Below the pieces are notes generated by a model that saw only the letters and a program-made list of their open reading frames with translations, did not search any database and had not been told where the DNA came from. A program made the translations under genes and the position numbers. Of a stretch of DNA of 64,000 bases, positions 28,118-41,615 are shown in pieces. The stretch is from Callorhinchus milii (Eukaryota): contig NW_024704743.1 of NCBI RefSeq assembly GCF_018977255.1, forward strand, positions 1,054,001 to 1,118,000. Reading direction: 5' to 3'. Every line of letters begins with the position of its first letter. The stretch's first letter is position 1.

Positions 28118-28790
28118 GTACCGTAGCTCAGTGGTTAGAGCACTCGCCTCGCAAACGAGAGGACCCGGGTTCGATTCCCGGGTAGGGCAAAAATCTTAGG
28201 CAGGTTTCCTTACTCCGCACGCACGCCCAGCAGTCAGTAGGAACTTCGGTTTTTACTGGATTGGCTTTCAGGGGGTAAAGAGTCCCTCCTTCCAAAACAA
28301 AATTGGGCCGCTCAATCCACGACGGTTTGCGGGGAACGCCGTGGCTGACGCGTTTCGCCCACAAAACACACACAAGTCACTGCACTGCACAGTTACGTTA
28401 CGCGAAGCGCTTTTGAGACGGTTCAACGACGCGATAAACACAACAACAACAACTTGCATTTATACGGCCTGCCCCCCCCTTCACCGCATCACGTCGTCGA
28501 CACGTTTCGAAGCGTTCGACGCCCGTGAAGCAATCGCCTGCGGTATTATCCCGCGAAGCGCCTTCGAGGCGGCTCGACGACGCGACGGAACCACCACAAC
28601 TCGCATCTGGATAACGTCCTGTACCCCCCCCACAACCCCAACCCTCCCCACCCAAACAACCCCCCCCACCCCCACCCCGCGACGTTACGTCAATCGACAC
28701 GTTTCGAAGCCGCCGCGAAACACAGTCACTGAGGCTTTACCCTTGAGGCGTCTCGACGAAGTGATCAGGCGGATATCAAATGCAAGGATC
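28118..28790 (+). mobile_element. GC-shifted SINE copy with interrupted or repeated 3' segments
   Basis: gtagctcagtggttagagcactcgcctcgcaa...gggttcgattccc head; terminal atatcaaatgcaagga runs directly into the CAT/CAC repeat. Confidence 0.8.
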
Positions 28791-29198
28791 ATCATCATCA
28801 TTACCGTCATCACCATCACCACCAACATCATCACCACCATCACCACCATCATCATCACCACCATCACCACCATCACCACCATCATCATCATCACCGTCAT
28901 CACCATCACCACCATCATCATCACCACCATCACCACCATCATCACCATCATCACCACCACCATCATGATCATCATCATCACCACCACTATCATCACCATC
29001 ATCATCACCATCATCATCACCACCACCACCATCATCACCACCATCACCTTCATCATCACCACCATCACCATCATCATCACCTTCACCACCTTCATCATCA
29101 CCTTCACCACCTTCATCATCACCATCACCATCACCACCACCACAATCATCACCACCACTATCATCACCACCACTATCATCACCACCACCACCACCACC
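28787..29198. repeat. Imperfect (CAT/CAC)n trinucleotide microsatellite, about 410 bp
   Basis: Directly visible; it abuts the obscurin donor site. Confidence 0.97.
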
Positions 29199-29204
29199 GC
29201 TCAC

Positions 29205-30467
29205 CTTTGACGATGACCAGCACGGAGCTGAAGGTCTGGCCGGCCATGTTGGAGGCGGTGCAGGTGTAGCGCCCGTTGTCGCTCTGCCTGCAGTACAGGA
29301 TCCTCAGCACGAAGCGGTCGCGGTCGTCGTCGAAGAGGACGTGCCGGCGGCCCGGGGCGATGGGCCGACCGTCCTTCTGCCACACGATCTCGGGCCGGGG
29401 CTTGCCGGTCGCCTGGCAACTCAGCCGGGCGTGCTTGCCCTCCGTCACCGTGCAGGTGCGCGTGCGCGGCCACGTGGCCCCGGCCCCGCCCCCCGCCAAC
29501 GGCTGCCAACGGCTCGCGCCGCCGCCCCCGCCCTCCTCCTCCTCGCGGTAGTCTCGCGAGAAGCCGAGTCGGCGGCCCGTTCCCGCCTCGAAGAACGACG
29601 ACGACGGAGAAGAAGAAGAAGAAGGTGACAAGATGGCGTCCGTCGACCTGTACACCGCGATGTCCGCGTCCCTCATCTCCTCGCGACGCTTCTGCAGGTG
29701 AGACAGCAGCGACGTCCGACTCGCGTAGCCCGACTCGGACGATGGCGCCAGGCCGGGGCCCGGCTGCCACGCGGAGCCGCCGCCGCCGACCACCACCACC
29801 ACGTCGTCGTCGTCGGGCGAGACCACGACCAAGGCGGCGGCGGCCTGCGCGTCCCCCAGCCGGTTGCGGGCCCGGCACAGCCACGTGCCGCCGTCGGCGA
29901 AGCGGGCGCAGTGGATCCTGAGGGAACTGGCGTCGCCGGCCGACTCGACGGCGTAGCGGTTGTTGTCCGAATCGCCGCCGCCATTGCCGCCGCGCCGCTC
30001 AGGGTCTTGTTGTCCCGCTCCCAGCTGACGGCCGGAGCCGGGTTCCCCAGCGCTTTGCAGCTGAAGCCGGCGTCGTCCCCCAGGCGGACCTTGAGGGAGG
30101 AGGGTTTGAGGACGAAGTACGGCGGGTACTCGACGCCGCCGTCCCCCCCGCCGCCGCCGCCCCCGCGCGGGTCGGCGGCGACCTTGAGGGTGACCGCGGC
30201 GTAAGCCTCGCCCACCGGGTTGTTGGCCCTGCAGATGTACTGGCCGCTGTCCTCCAGGGCCAGGTCGTAAATGGTCAGCTTGTAGACGTCGCCGTCCTCC
30301 ACCGCCTTGAACCGCCCGCCCGACCCGATGGGCGCCCTCCCCTTCTCCCACACCACCAGCGGGTCGGGGTTGCCGACGATCCGGCAGGTCAGGGTGGCGT
30401 CCCGGCCGGCGGACACGGCGAAGGCTTTGGGTCGAGCCAGGAACCTCGGGGCTCCACCGAAATCCAT
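29205..30467 (-). CDS. OBSCN: Obscurin first coding exon (Ig1-Ig3), with an apparent 1-nt frameshift near 29993
   Basis: MDFGGAPRFLARPKAFAVSAGRDATLTCRIVGNPDP... and ...TRTCTVTEGKHARLSCQATGKPRPEIVWQKDG...SSVLVIVK match the human obscurin N-terminus as recalled (GAPRFLTRPKAF, LLAHLQRRREAMR, TCTVTEGKHARLSC). The match is split over ORFs 29673..30467 and 29179..30351. Phase-1 donor AAAG|GTGAGC at 29205/29204. Confidence 0.95.
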
Positions 30468-30575
30468 CTCGGACCTTGTGGAGACGGTCCGGGAGGGCGG
30501 GAGGGTGGGTGGGTGTAGGGTTTGAGGGGGGGTGGAGGAGGAGATGGTGGTGGTGGTGATGGTGGTGGTGGAGGA

Positions 30576-30579
30576 GAGG

Positions 30580-30612
<33 letters not shown>
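30576..30612. repeat. (GA)n microsatellite
   Basis: Directly visible. Confidence 0.9.
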
Positions 30613-30929
30613 TGTTTTTTTTAACCGTCTAAAATGTCACCAGGAGCCGCCTTACCCGCACAATTCGCAACGCTGCTGCTTTAAAGGTCATCGGAAAGCC
30701 CTGTCAATCGCATGCTTTTAAACCCCCCCTCACCTCCCTCCTTCCCAATCTTCTCTCCTCTCTCTCTCTCCACTCCCTCTGTCTCTCTTTCTCTCTTCTT
30801 CTCCCCCCCCCCCCCCCACACTGCCCCACCACCTCCCACCGAATTACCAGCCGTGTCCCGAAATAGAAGCAGCTGTCCCGGTTTATCTCTCTTTACATGT
30901 CCATTTGTAGAGCTACTTCACTGACAGTA

Positions 30930-31361
30930 TACACACACACACAAACCACCCCACCCACACACACCCCCACCCACACAAACACCCCCCCAAACACACACAC
31001 ACACACACAAACACCCCCCCCACCCACACACACACAAACACCCCCCCCACACACACACAAACACCCCCCCACCCACACACACACAAACACCCCCCAACAC
31101 ACACACACACACACAAACACCCCCCCCACCCACACACATACACCCCCCACACACACACCCCAAACACACACACCCCAAACACACACACCCCAAACACACA
31201 CACACAAACACCCCACACACACACACAAACACCCCCCACACACACACACCCCCCACACACACCCCCCCCCAAACACACACACCCCCAAACACACACACCC
31301 CCCCAAACACACACACCCCCAAACACACACACACACCCCCCCCACACACACACCCACACAC
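30930..31361. repeat. (CA)n / poly-C compound repeat
   Basis: Directly visible. Confidence 0.97.
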
Positions 31362-34300
31362 TACTTTATTAGCGATTCCACGGCGTTAAAAGCAAAGTCG
31401 ATTAAAAACAATATTTGTCTCTTCGAGGAAGGAGAAAGTGGGTCAAGAACAAAACCCCCAAAAGTTGGCCGGGGGGTTGGAACTCGCGCTTACGGTTTTC
31501 CGTCACGGTAACCATCCCCGTTTGACAATTAAACGCCTTCGTTTTAACGTAAAAGCGGAGGATTGTATGTGGATGGTTTCTCGTGGCAAACGCGCGCGAG
31601 GAAAAAGTCTTAAAAAGTCTTAAAAGTCTTAAACGTCTTAAAAAAGAGAGAGAGAAAAAAACGTAACGTACCTGTTTTCAGAAGCGTGGGATTCACTGGG
31701 AACCTACGATCGCAAATGTAAGTAGGGTTCAAGCATCGTAGGTAAAATCCGCGTAACTTTCAATCACAGATTCCATAAGTCCATAAGTGAATTCCAAAGG
31801 GGTGAAAAAGGTAAAAGTTTGTTAAAATCAACGGCTGCGATGTATTCCCCAGTCCCCTGCAGCGGTTTTCGATTTTGCTTTGTACCTCGTCTGTCCTAAA
31901 TGCTAAATCGTTGACGTACTCTGCTTTACTCAGCCGAAAATCCAAAATAGCTTGGTGCCATTTGCGCAAGAGATAGAGTTACAGACAGCGATGATAGCGC
32001 TCTCCGGAAATCACCACTAACATTAGGGGAAGCAAGAAGGGCCTTCAGTAGCCCTTCTGAGGTCATTTTCTCGCGTGTCATGCGCTAACTGGAGCTTTAT
32101 CAGTACTTGTGCTAATTGTTTTCTTACCCTTAAAAAAAAACCTCCACTAGACATTTTTCCAGCCTTCTGCTTCAGACCGTCCACTTGATTCGCAATGGTT
32201 TGTTCCACAGTGTAATCTGCTCAGGGCTCACTTAGAGATTGACAACAACAAAAGTTCTGTAGCTTTATAATAAGCTGTTTGAAACTTTATCCTGGCATGT
32301 AAACCTGGCTTTCTCAAGAATTCGCATATCGATGTTCTGTTTTGCTGTAGGATATCGAGGCTTTGCCTTATTCCATGGTACTAATGTTCAGAAAAAAGCA
32401 AGAAAAAAATGCAGACTATTAATTGTTTTGTTTTCCCGTTTTAATGTACTTCGTCTGAGGTTTTGGTGTTTCTAAATATTCAATTAAAAATATTTGAAAC
32501 CTTTGTGCAAAAAACATTTTATTAAATTTATCGTGTGCTCCAGTATTCTCTTCCCGACCCACCTGCACGATGGACCGAATAGCCTCATTCTACGCACTAA
32601 GATTCTACGATTCATGTCCTGTGGCCAGGCCGATGGTTGCAGCAGACAGAACAAGAAGGATATTATTACAAAATCGCGAGTTTGTTGATGTTACAATTCC
32701 AGCAAATTGAGAAGAACTGCGTGAAAAAAAGAGACTACAGATTTTAGGTTATGGAAAAGTAATGTTGATAATAAATAATACAATTCCATTGCAGGTCACA
32801 GTTCACGTGCAAAGTGTGAAGGTATAGTCCCACTGTTATCTGAACAGGCAACTGCTGTTCGGATAACAGTGGGACTATACCTTCACAGTTTGTATACGCC
32901 AACTGCCCGTGAGATGTACAGTTATGAAAAAGCTGACAGTGTCTTCCCTTTTTTTTTAAATAAGACACTTTTTTTGTATACCAAATGGAGGGACTGACTT
33001 GGAGCGATTACCCACAGCTAGTACTTGTATGAACCGACTGAAGCGTCCAGGTTTTATCATGAAACTCTTATCAGGAGCAACCTACTTTATGCAATTGAGT
33101 CAGCAGCAGGCTTTGAGCTCAGCTGAAGTAAAGCAGGTTGTTAAGCGTGTGAGAATATTGGTGTCCTATACACACACCAACGATCAGAGTTCTCAGAATG
33201 GAAGGAAATCAAACTATTGATTGAGCCTTTTAATCATTTGTCTGTAACTAAGAAGAATGTATGGCCATATGGATACAAAGTGGGGTGTTTTTACTATGTA
33301 GAAATGAATTGGAGACAACTGTGCACAAGCCTCAACTGTGATGAACAGACCGATCTGTATGTTAACAGAAAAATAAGCCCATGCTCTGCGACATTAACCA
33401 AAGATGCGGCAAATGTTGAGATGCCATGCGTAAGTATAAAGTGAAAGGGCAAAAAAGGAAGCCATAATAATGGAAGATATTTGCATTTGAAGTAGATCTC
33501 TTCTCATCTGAAGCCGATTTTAGGAAGGAAATATATGGCTTATGTAAAGTTATTTTAAAACTTCACGCTTATTTCCTGCATTTGATATTGTGAGGTGGGA
33601 GCACGTAGACAGTGTATTGCTGCGTTCTTCATTTTTAAGTGGCAAATTTCTTACTGTTTTGGGTTTGAATCACAATTATGTCGCAGTCTGGAACCCACCA
33701 AAAACATTTCCAATTTGAAACCCAGCTTGTAAGGTGTGTGACCTACATCTTTACTCCGCCCTATATGATCCTTCGGCAAAACAAGTGTGAATTTTTGAGG
33801 AGGGGTTACAGAAAGCCAACAAGATGTGTGGATGGAAAGAGTTTTCTAATTCTTTCCAGTGGTTCATTGAAAACTGTTCAGCTTGTTCCTAAAATCATGC
33901 CATATAGGGCATGGTAAACATTTTAAGACCAGGATTTCTGTAAGAAGAGATACGAATATGTATATGTTTTTTTTCTTTGCATCTGTGAATACTGTGTTTT
34001 CGCTCTGTATCTGTGCAGTTTTTTTCTTGTGTATTAAATTTCTGTGGTACTGGAATGTGGTACTTACCGTTAAATGAGCATTATAATTGAACAGCCATTA
34101 AAGCAAGTGTTTGCAAAGATCGCCTTGGAGATGTAATGTCAAAGTGATTAGGGATTAGGATTAAGGGCTCAAGGAAGCAGAGTAGTATTAGTTCAAGTCT
34201 TAGATGCGGAAACCCATCACCATGTTTAAGAGTATCTTAACCAAATTGAGAATTTCATGTATTCGCCTATACATGGAAAGCCCAGAGATATTGTTGGAAT

Positions 34301-34446
34301 GCGCACTCTCTCCCTGGAGAGACGCATCCTGCTTTCCGAATTCCAGAAAGTATTAGGCACAGGCTCGCAAGAACCTCGTCTGGGGACCCCAGAGTGCATT
34401 TAGTCCATTCATTAACAGATTCTGCAAAACTGCAGGTTGGTACAAC

Positions 34447-34940
34447 TAAAACCGCCTAATTCTTATACACATCCATTCCCTGATCAGCACCGCTTTTTTC
34501 CACCTCCGCCACTTTGCCCACCTCCGTCCGTACCCCACAGCCGACGCTGCTGAAACCCTCATCCGCGCCTTCGTCACTTCCCGGCTGGACTGTTCTAATG
34601 CCCTTCTTGCTGGTCTCCCGAGTTCCACCGTACACAAAATCCAATTCATTCAAAACTCCACCTCCCGGATTTCACCCTCATAAAACTCCGTACCCCGTCA
34701 CACAGCCCTCCCCAGGCTCCACTGCCCCCAATCACTGAACAGATCGATTTCAAGATCCTCTCACTCGTTTTCAAACCCTTTCGTGCCCGCGCACCCCCAT
34801 ACCTCTCCGAACTGCTTAACCCCCACTCCACCACACACTGCCTCCGCTCAGCCGGCTCCGGCGTCGTTTATTCCTCGCGTCCTCCGCTCCACTGTTGGTC
34901 GTGCCTTCAGCCACTACGCCCCGAAACTCTGGATCTCTCC
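34447..34940 (+). mobile_element. L2-clade LINE, 3' part of ORF2, decayed
   Basis: Translates to TAFFHLRHFAHLRPY...AETLIRAFVTSRLDCSNALLAGLP, typical of the L2 C-terminus. An opposite-strand L2 3' end follows at about 35000-35215. Confidence 0.85.
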
Positions 34941-37900
34941 CTCATTTCCTTCCATTTTGCCCCCTCCCTCCCCACCTTTTTGATGGTGCTTCCCGTCACC
35001 TACCCTCGCCAACCTCAAGAGGTCATCCCAAGAGGGCTGAACGGTGAAGGGTTTGCACCCGAGCTGGGGATTGGAGTCCAGAGGGGTGGAGAAGCCAAGT
35101 GGGGAGGAGGCAGGATGATGACCGCGGTCAAACAGGAAAGACTTGAGACGGGCCTTGAAGGGGCAACGGAAGGGGTGACGAGGAGGGGCTCCAGGACGGA
35201 CTTCCAGAGGGCGAATTGAATAAAATGACAAAATAACACGCAAAACAAAAAGGTTACCATCAAACTAATTTGAACCTTTATTTCTTTACAATAATGTGCT
35301 AATTCTCAAACTTTTTTAAAAAAAACTCAAAAAAACCTGTTATACACCTCAGTTAATTATAAACTGAACCTTAACATTCAGCATTTGAAAGCCACCGCTG
35401 ACCGCAATAAATTTGACCATTAGCAATTAGACTGAATTCCATGGCATCGATAGCAAAAGAACAAAACGATAATGCTGTAATCTGAGTGATTCACAAACAT
35501 AAGTACCATTATGATTAAAATTGCATTTAACATAACCTTATGCTTCGACCATAGAATGCGTATGGCTGAATTCTCCTTTGAAACTTAATGGATTTAAGTT
35601 TTTAGTCCACGGTCTTTTTCTTCTGAAATATAAAATTAGGCTGAAATGATAAAAGAGTTGTGGAATGTCTCAGACCCGGAGCAACTAATGTTACTCAGTT
35701 TAAAATAAAACAAGTCACGTGATGACCTTATCAGCAGGTTTATCAGTACAGATATCAAGCCCTTGCCATTGTAAAAAAAATCTACAGTATTATATAGGTT
35801 ATTGTGTTATATATACCCTGACCTGCTTTTTCAAACCACTGGTCATTCCTCTGAAAAGTCTACAATCATACATTGGTCTTAAGACTCTTTCTCCACATAT
35901 CTCCCTCCACTTTAAGAGCTAAATATAAGAGTATAAGATCATTAATTCCCACAGTGAATCGGAAGCCTGTTCAATTCTGGATTATCTCTGGTTAAATACA
36001 AGAAATTTTAATACAATTTTTTTTTAAAAAAAGTTCAAATCCGATTAGTTGTTTTGGCTAAAGACACCAACAGACAGACAGTGCGATCGAAAAGTTCTTT
36101 CAGCCAAATATGTTCCAACATAAATTTGCGATGGTGTTTTCCTATTATAACCTTTAGAGACGAGGATTGTTCTCCCAAGACCACACGCCCCAAGGAAAGT
36201 GCAGTAAAAATTGATACAATAATGCTCCAAAACGTATCTTTCAAATATATTCTTCCCATTTGTTGATCGAAAGCAAAGAAAAGATAATTAACTGCCCCTC
36301 GCGATTTCTGAACTGTACATTCTTAATCTGCCAAGCACATTCGGGGACAAATATTGCAGCTTTCCTTACACGAAATTACCTGCAACGTTAAAACCAAGTA
36401 AAACGACATGATTTAACAGATCGCGTTAAAAAAAAAATTATTTTTTTTTTTTTGGAAAAGCACTACGTCACAAACGCTTTCCAATTGGGGTGGAATAAGG
36501 GCGTTTTGAAAGTTAACGTTATTAAATGAACAAGTTCAGTCAAGAGATAAGAAAGGCAACAGCAAAGAAGCGGTTAATGATAAGTCTGGCGCCTAAAAAT
36601 ATTGCATTAGCAAATAAAAGTTTCATTCCACGCTGATGGAAGATAGAACTTACCGACGTCGCGCGGTTAACGTACTTTTCATTTGAGAAGAATACGGTTT
36701 GTAGGTTATTGCATAAATTACATTCCATGCCGTTATATACCAATACCAATCAGTGATTGATTTCACAACAGTACCGTTCAGGCGACAGCGCCTCATGCCT
36801 TTTACTGAACCAGGTCAAAAGGTTTATGAAAATTAACGTGCTACGGTGTTAGCTATGCAACGTCGTACAATATATAACCAATTTAACATACACTCACTGA
36901 CTTAAAAGAAAATTAATCAGTGAAAGGCACATTACCGTATTTAAAAACAAACGTTTGTAAAAAGATTACGTACTGTGAATACAAATTAATACATTACACA
37001 ATCCAAAAAAAAAAGGATCCACAATGTCCGATACGTTGATTACTAGAGCAAACCTGCAAGGCTACAAAAATAAATTTATGTAAACAAAATCTAAAGATTT
37101 TCAAAAACACACAAGCAAATCACCTTTTGTTCCCTTCTATAAAGTCACACTGTCATACGTTTTAACTTTGTACGATCTCTTACGGCTTTGTTAATATCTG
37201 TAGCAAACTACTTTCACAAAATTTACACCAAAAACAAGAACTAAACCTATTATAAAAAAGACGTGTTGTGATAATAGTTACAAAAGGCAGGATTGACTTC
37301 TGAGGATTTTAAACTAAACGGTTTGTAACTTCCAAACGGTTGTGAAGATTTGTGGGTGGACTGACAAAAAGAAATTAATCCATATTTTTTCTACGAGCAT
37401 TGAACAACTTATTACTATTTCGGGACTCTGCTCGTTTTGAATGGGCCGAGTTATCAATGGATACAGATAAAGTTAATGCATCATTTAAAAAATAAATTAC
37501 TTCCAGGAAATCAAGAACGGAAAAAGTGCTCTACAGTACAATTTACATGTTATTTGCTAAGGCTATATATCAAGCAGCACAGAAGCAATGGGCATCGTGT
37601 TTAAACGTTAAAAAAAATCATGCGTTGGTGAGGGAGAAGAGTATAGAGATATGAAGGAGTTGAAGGCTCATATAGAGTATAAACACTGATATAGACGAGT
37701 TGAGCTGAATGGTCCATTTTCGTGCTGTAATGTTTTGTGTACTTCTATAGTCTTTAAATGTATTATTAAATCACAGGATGTCTAAAAACTAACAATTTTT
37801 ATCTTGATTTGATCATGTTGAGCCATCTCAAAATAACGTTTTAAGAGTATGGACCTCGACCCAAATCCCATGCAAACATGGTGTATATTAGAGAAGTATG

Positions 37901-40900
37901 TATATTTTGTAACGTTTACCAGGCAGATCGGTCATTTATTTAGTATTATAAACAAAAGAAACATTTTTTTTTAAAAAATTTAAAGTCAGCTTAATTCTTA
38001 CTTATTATTGGCTCATCGGTTCTTGAACTCAGTGCACAGAATAACCTACATAATTTTGAACAAGTTTAAATACGCGAATTGTATTAGTTATAGGAGTATA
38101 GTGTTTCCTTTATATAGTCTTGTGAAAAGTATACATATATACATGAAATGTTCCTTATTACTACAAATTTTAGGGGAAAAAAAAGTGTTGAGGAAGGAAG
38201 TATTTTTCCTAGGAGAGGGGAATAACTAACAAAAGGCTAAATAAGTACTAAAATATTTTAAATAAATACTTGATTTACTGGCACACGACAGTACGGTAAT
38301 ATGAAACATAGCAACGTCAGGATAAGTTGCTTTTGAAGCTTCAGAATCTTCTGGTGATAAAACATTTGATATTTGGCACAAATTACCAATGAGATATTAT
38401 TTATATGATTCAGTCGTGGAAAATATTTTCCCATTTTAATGCAACAATTATTATTCCAAATGACTGCTTTCATTATTTTATGGTTCAAGAGTCTCCGGTG
38501 TCTCAGTGATGCTGCACAGCAGGACGAGGCCTCAACGAACTGTCAACGCAATTATAGAATTGAGTGAAAATGTTAGCAAATGCTAAGCATTAAATGGTAT
38601 TACACGGAATATACACAGTCAATTTGTAGATTCTATACAGTAGGAAAGAGCAAAATACTTCAGTTGAGTACCTTTTGGAGAAGGGAGGTTACGGAGCATC
38701 AGCACTCACATCCCCAATTCCCAGTTTAGTACTAACTAGATTATTTATTGGCTTCTGTTTTTATCTCGGCCAAATAAAATAAACGGCAGTATCGCGCAGC
38801 TTCCCACGGTGAGGTGAAATTTTAAACATCTATGGCTCAACAGGATCCGCTTTTGAGTACAAAGTTAACAACGTGCAACAAATGCATTTGCCCGCTCCCA
38901 AATACAGTTTAAACTGTTCACCTACACTTGTGTTAGTACAAAAATAATGTACTTTTGTTATCAGTTTGTTGTGAATCCTCGTGACCTTATGATGTTCAAC
39001 AATGATCAGATCCAAACAGCTCCATACTCCCTCCACAAGATGCATCACTGAGTTAGTTTTGAGGCCTTCAATTAAATGTGCATAAAATCAAGCATTGCAT
39101 TGAAAGAAGTTACCTGCTACTTGTTGCTCTAGAAGTATTACACGTAAGTGCAAACAGTTTAACTTGAAGGGTTTGATAAAAGTGAATATTCTTTTCCCTG
39201 CTTATGAATTATAGCGGATTTTACAAATATTTGAATCTGCCGTCTAAAGATACGTAAAGTGAAAGCGTTGGGCATTACAAAGTGATGTGTAGCTATTCGA
39301 ACGTAAAAAAAAAAATCATGCGTTCGTGAGGAGAAGAGTATAGAGATATGAAGGAGTTTTTTTTTTGTTTGTTGTGGTTCATAACGACATGCTTCATTTA
39401 ACCCTAACATCCTCACACAGAATTCAATCCAAAGATCGTCAATGCTGCCTTTTTAAACCTACTTTTCAGGGGCGCTAATGTCATATTCATAGGATGCAAG
39501 CTACGACATTGCCTTCAAATATAATCATTTCACGTCAGCACAATTCCCAAATCTCTTCTTCAGCCCAAATTCAAGCATCTATGAATACTAACTGGTTTCT
39601 AATACCACTCAAAAAGATTCCAGCAAGAAAATGACGGTAAATTGTAAATTTTGTTAAAGCATATAACTGATAACAGTGTAAGTAGTCCCGTATGGAAAAA
39701 TAAAATAACCCATGTTAATTAACTGACTTACCGCATTCTCTACATTCACAAAGCTTTATAAAGACACACGACTTGATTGTCTAAGGCCGAGTATGAAGAC
39801 TAGCAAATGACTAGCTCTGTAATGTAATAAAATGCCTATACCGTCACAAAATGTTTTTCCAAGTCCTATAAATAAATCAGTTAAACAAAAATAGCTTTGG
39901 TAACCTAGTACTGTACATAGTTAGATCTGTGAAAAATACTTTGCACATATAACCCAAAAAACTAAATATTAAATATATATTTCCTGAGTAAAACAGTTAA
40001 TCTGATTATTAGGAAGGTTTGGCAAGAATAATCCCATTAATACAGTACATTATATACTAATATCTAAAGTCTTAAATTAAGATTCAATCAATATTAAAAT
40101 AAATATGGAATGCTTTAAAATTATAATCCCTTAAACTGATATTTCAAACAAACAAAAACTTTTGTCATTCATTAAGTGCACACTAAATCAAATATAGGTA
40201 CTATTATTTCCCACCACAAAGGGTTAGTATATCTAAGAACTAATCCTGAGTAACATTTCTTCTCATCCCTCAACCAGTAACTTTTAACACAAATTATATG
40301 TAATGAAATTACTGCAGTTACATCAGTCTACCAGCTCAGAAATAAAATGCAATGATGACAATGGCACTGTACTGTAGGACATTTCAAGGTAAACAGGTTA
40401 GTTTATGTATCTGCACTGTTGTCCAGTTATACTTATCGCACCACATCCCTCAACTGACTTAAGACATCTTGATAATTAAGCACCCACGAATACACAGCTG
40501 CGTTTTAAAATGAGTCAATTTTCAAAGAGGACAACTGACAATTTGTTTTAAGTTTCCATTGTACAGAGAGGTAATGATAGTGTCAGCTGACTTTCTAATT
40601 TAATAGCCAGAGCTACCCATGTTTTATGAAAGCATAATACGGTAAATGCTTGCTAGATTATACAAAACTATTCAACCATTTTAATTAAAACGTACAGTGC
40701 TTTGGGCTGAGAGTGTGGGCTCTAAAACAGGGCGGCTCAAAATATTATCAGATGTTATATTGTATCGTCCTTTTTTGTGTTTTAAAAAAGGAGTTTGATT
40801 CACTAGTTTGTTAGTCATCTCAACTTCCGATTTTTTTTTCCAGTTCTAGCAAACTGTGGCCCCCAAACCTTAAATGATTTGCATTTACCAAATTCATTTA

Positions 40901-41221
40901 TAACCATCATATATCGAAAAATTATTGTTAGACGTCATATGCATCAAACACGAATGTTTTGGCTTCCATTTAACTTGTTTTAAAATTGGGCAACTAAATA
41001 GATTCTGTGCCTTTTCATTTGCAGTTCTTGCTGATTTTACTATGAAGTTTAGCAGTTAGTGAAGTTTGAAATAATGATTTCAGCTTTTTAAGTTCAACAC
41101 GTAAAGAGCATCAGGTAAGATACTGCATATGTAAATATATGGCCCGTCAGAACAATATTAATGATTAAACTGAATTTAATTTTGTACTATGCTTGCAATT
41201 ACTTTTCTCTAATAAAACTTA

Positions 41222-41615
41222 ATAATAAGCCTTGCATTTGGTATAGCGCCTTATTACGTCATAAGGACATCTCAAAGCGCTTCACAGGAATTACTGTAAA
41301 ATGAAGTGACTTATTTGTTGGAAAACATGGCAGCACAACTGCACACAGCAATGTCCCACAAACAGCCATGAAGTGAATGACCAATTTTATTCAGGGGATT
41401 GTTGGCCACGATACAGGGAGAAACTCCCTTCTCCTTTTGAATAGCGTCTTAGGGATCATTTAACGTCTAACTGAACAGATAGACGGGACCTCTGTTTAAC
41501 TTCTCATCCAAAGGACGGCACCTCCGACAATGCAACGCACTGCATTGGAGTGTCATCTTCGACTATATAACCTTCTGACTCAGAGTCAAGGGTGCTATCA
41601 ATGAGCCAAGCTGAC
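41222..41615 (-). mobile_element. Second tRNA-headed SINE family with a Deu-domain-like core and the same L2-like tail
   Basis: ggccacgatacagggagaaactccc...gggatcatttaacgtc...tctcatccaaaggacggcacctccgaca...ccttctgactcaga. Related copies at about 1-470, 6100-6300, 11970-12300, 27580-27910, 49220-49495 and 62600-62950. The Deu-SINE assignment is from memory. Confidence 0.75.

Larger units (their letters stand above)
28100..30900. promoter_or_regulatory. CpG island covering the first obscurin coding exon and its flanks
   Basis: Dense CpG content. Candidate acceptor cacaag just upstream of the ATG (exon start 30474), candidate donor GTAAG at 30655, E-box CAGCTG at 30870-30875. Confidence 0.6.

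Noticed and set aside
28118..28190. tRNA-like sequences here and at about 13665, 57900 and 60120-60190
   Set aside because: They are SINE heads: each continues into the same SINE body and tail.
28341..29210. Long ORFs rich in T/I, V/M or G/D
   Set aside because: They are translations of the CAT/CAC microsatellite.
591..30467. Calling the Ig gene titin or OBSL1, or calling it a pseudogene
   Set aside because: The N-terminal sequence, the Ig1-5 then FN3 order and the IBA57 synteny fit OBSCN. Both frameshifts lie in error-prone repeats, and 13 of 15 exons are intact.
30893..31511. ORFs rich in H/T/P or V/C/G
   Set aside because: They are translations of the CA/poly-C repeat.
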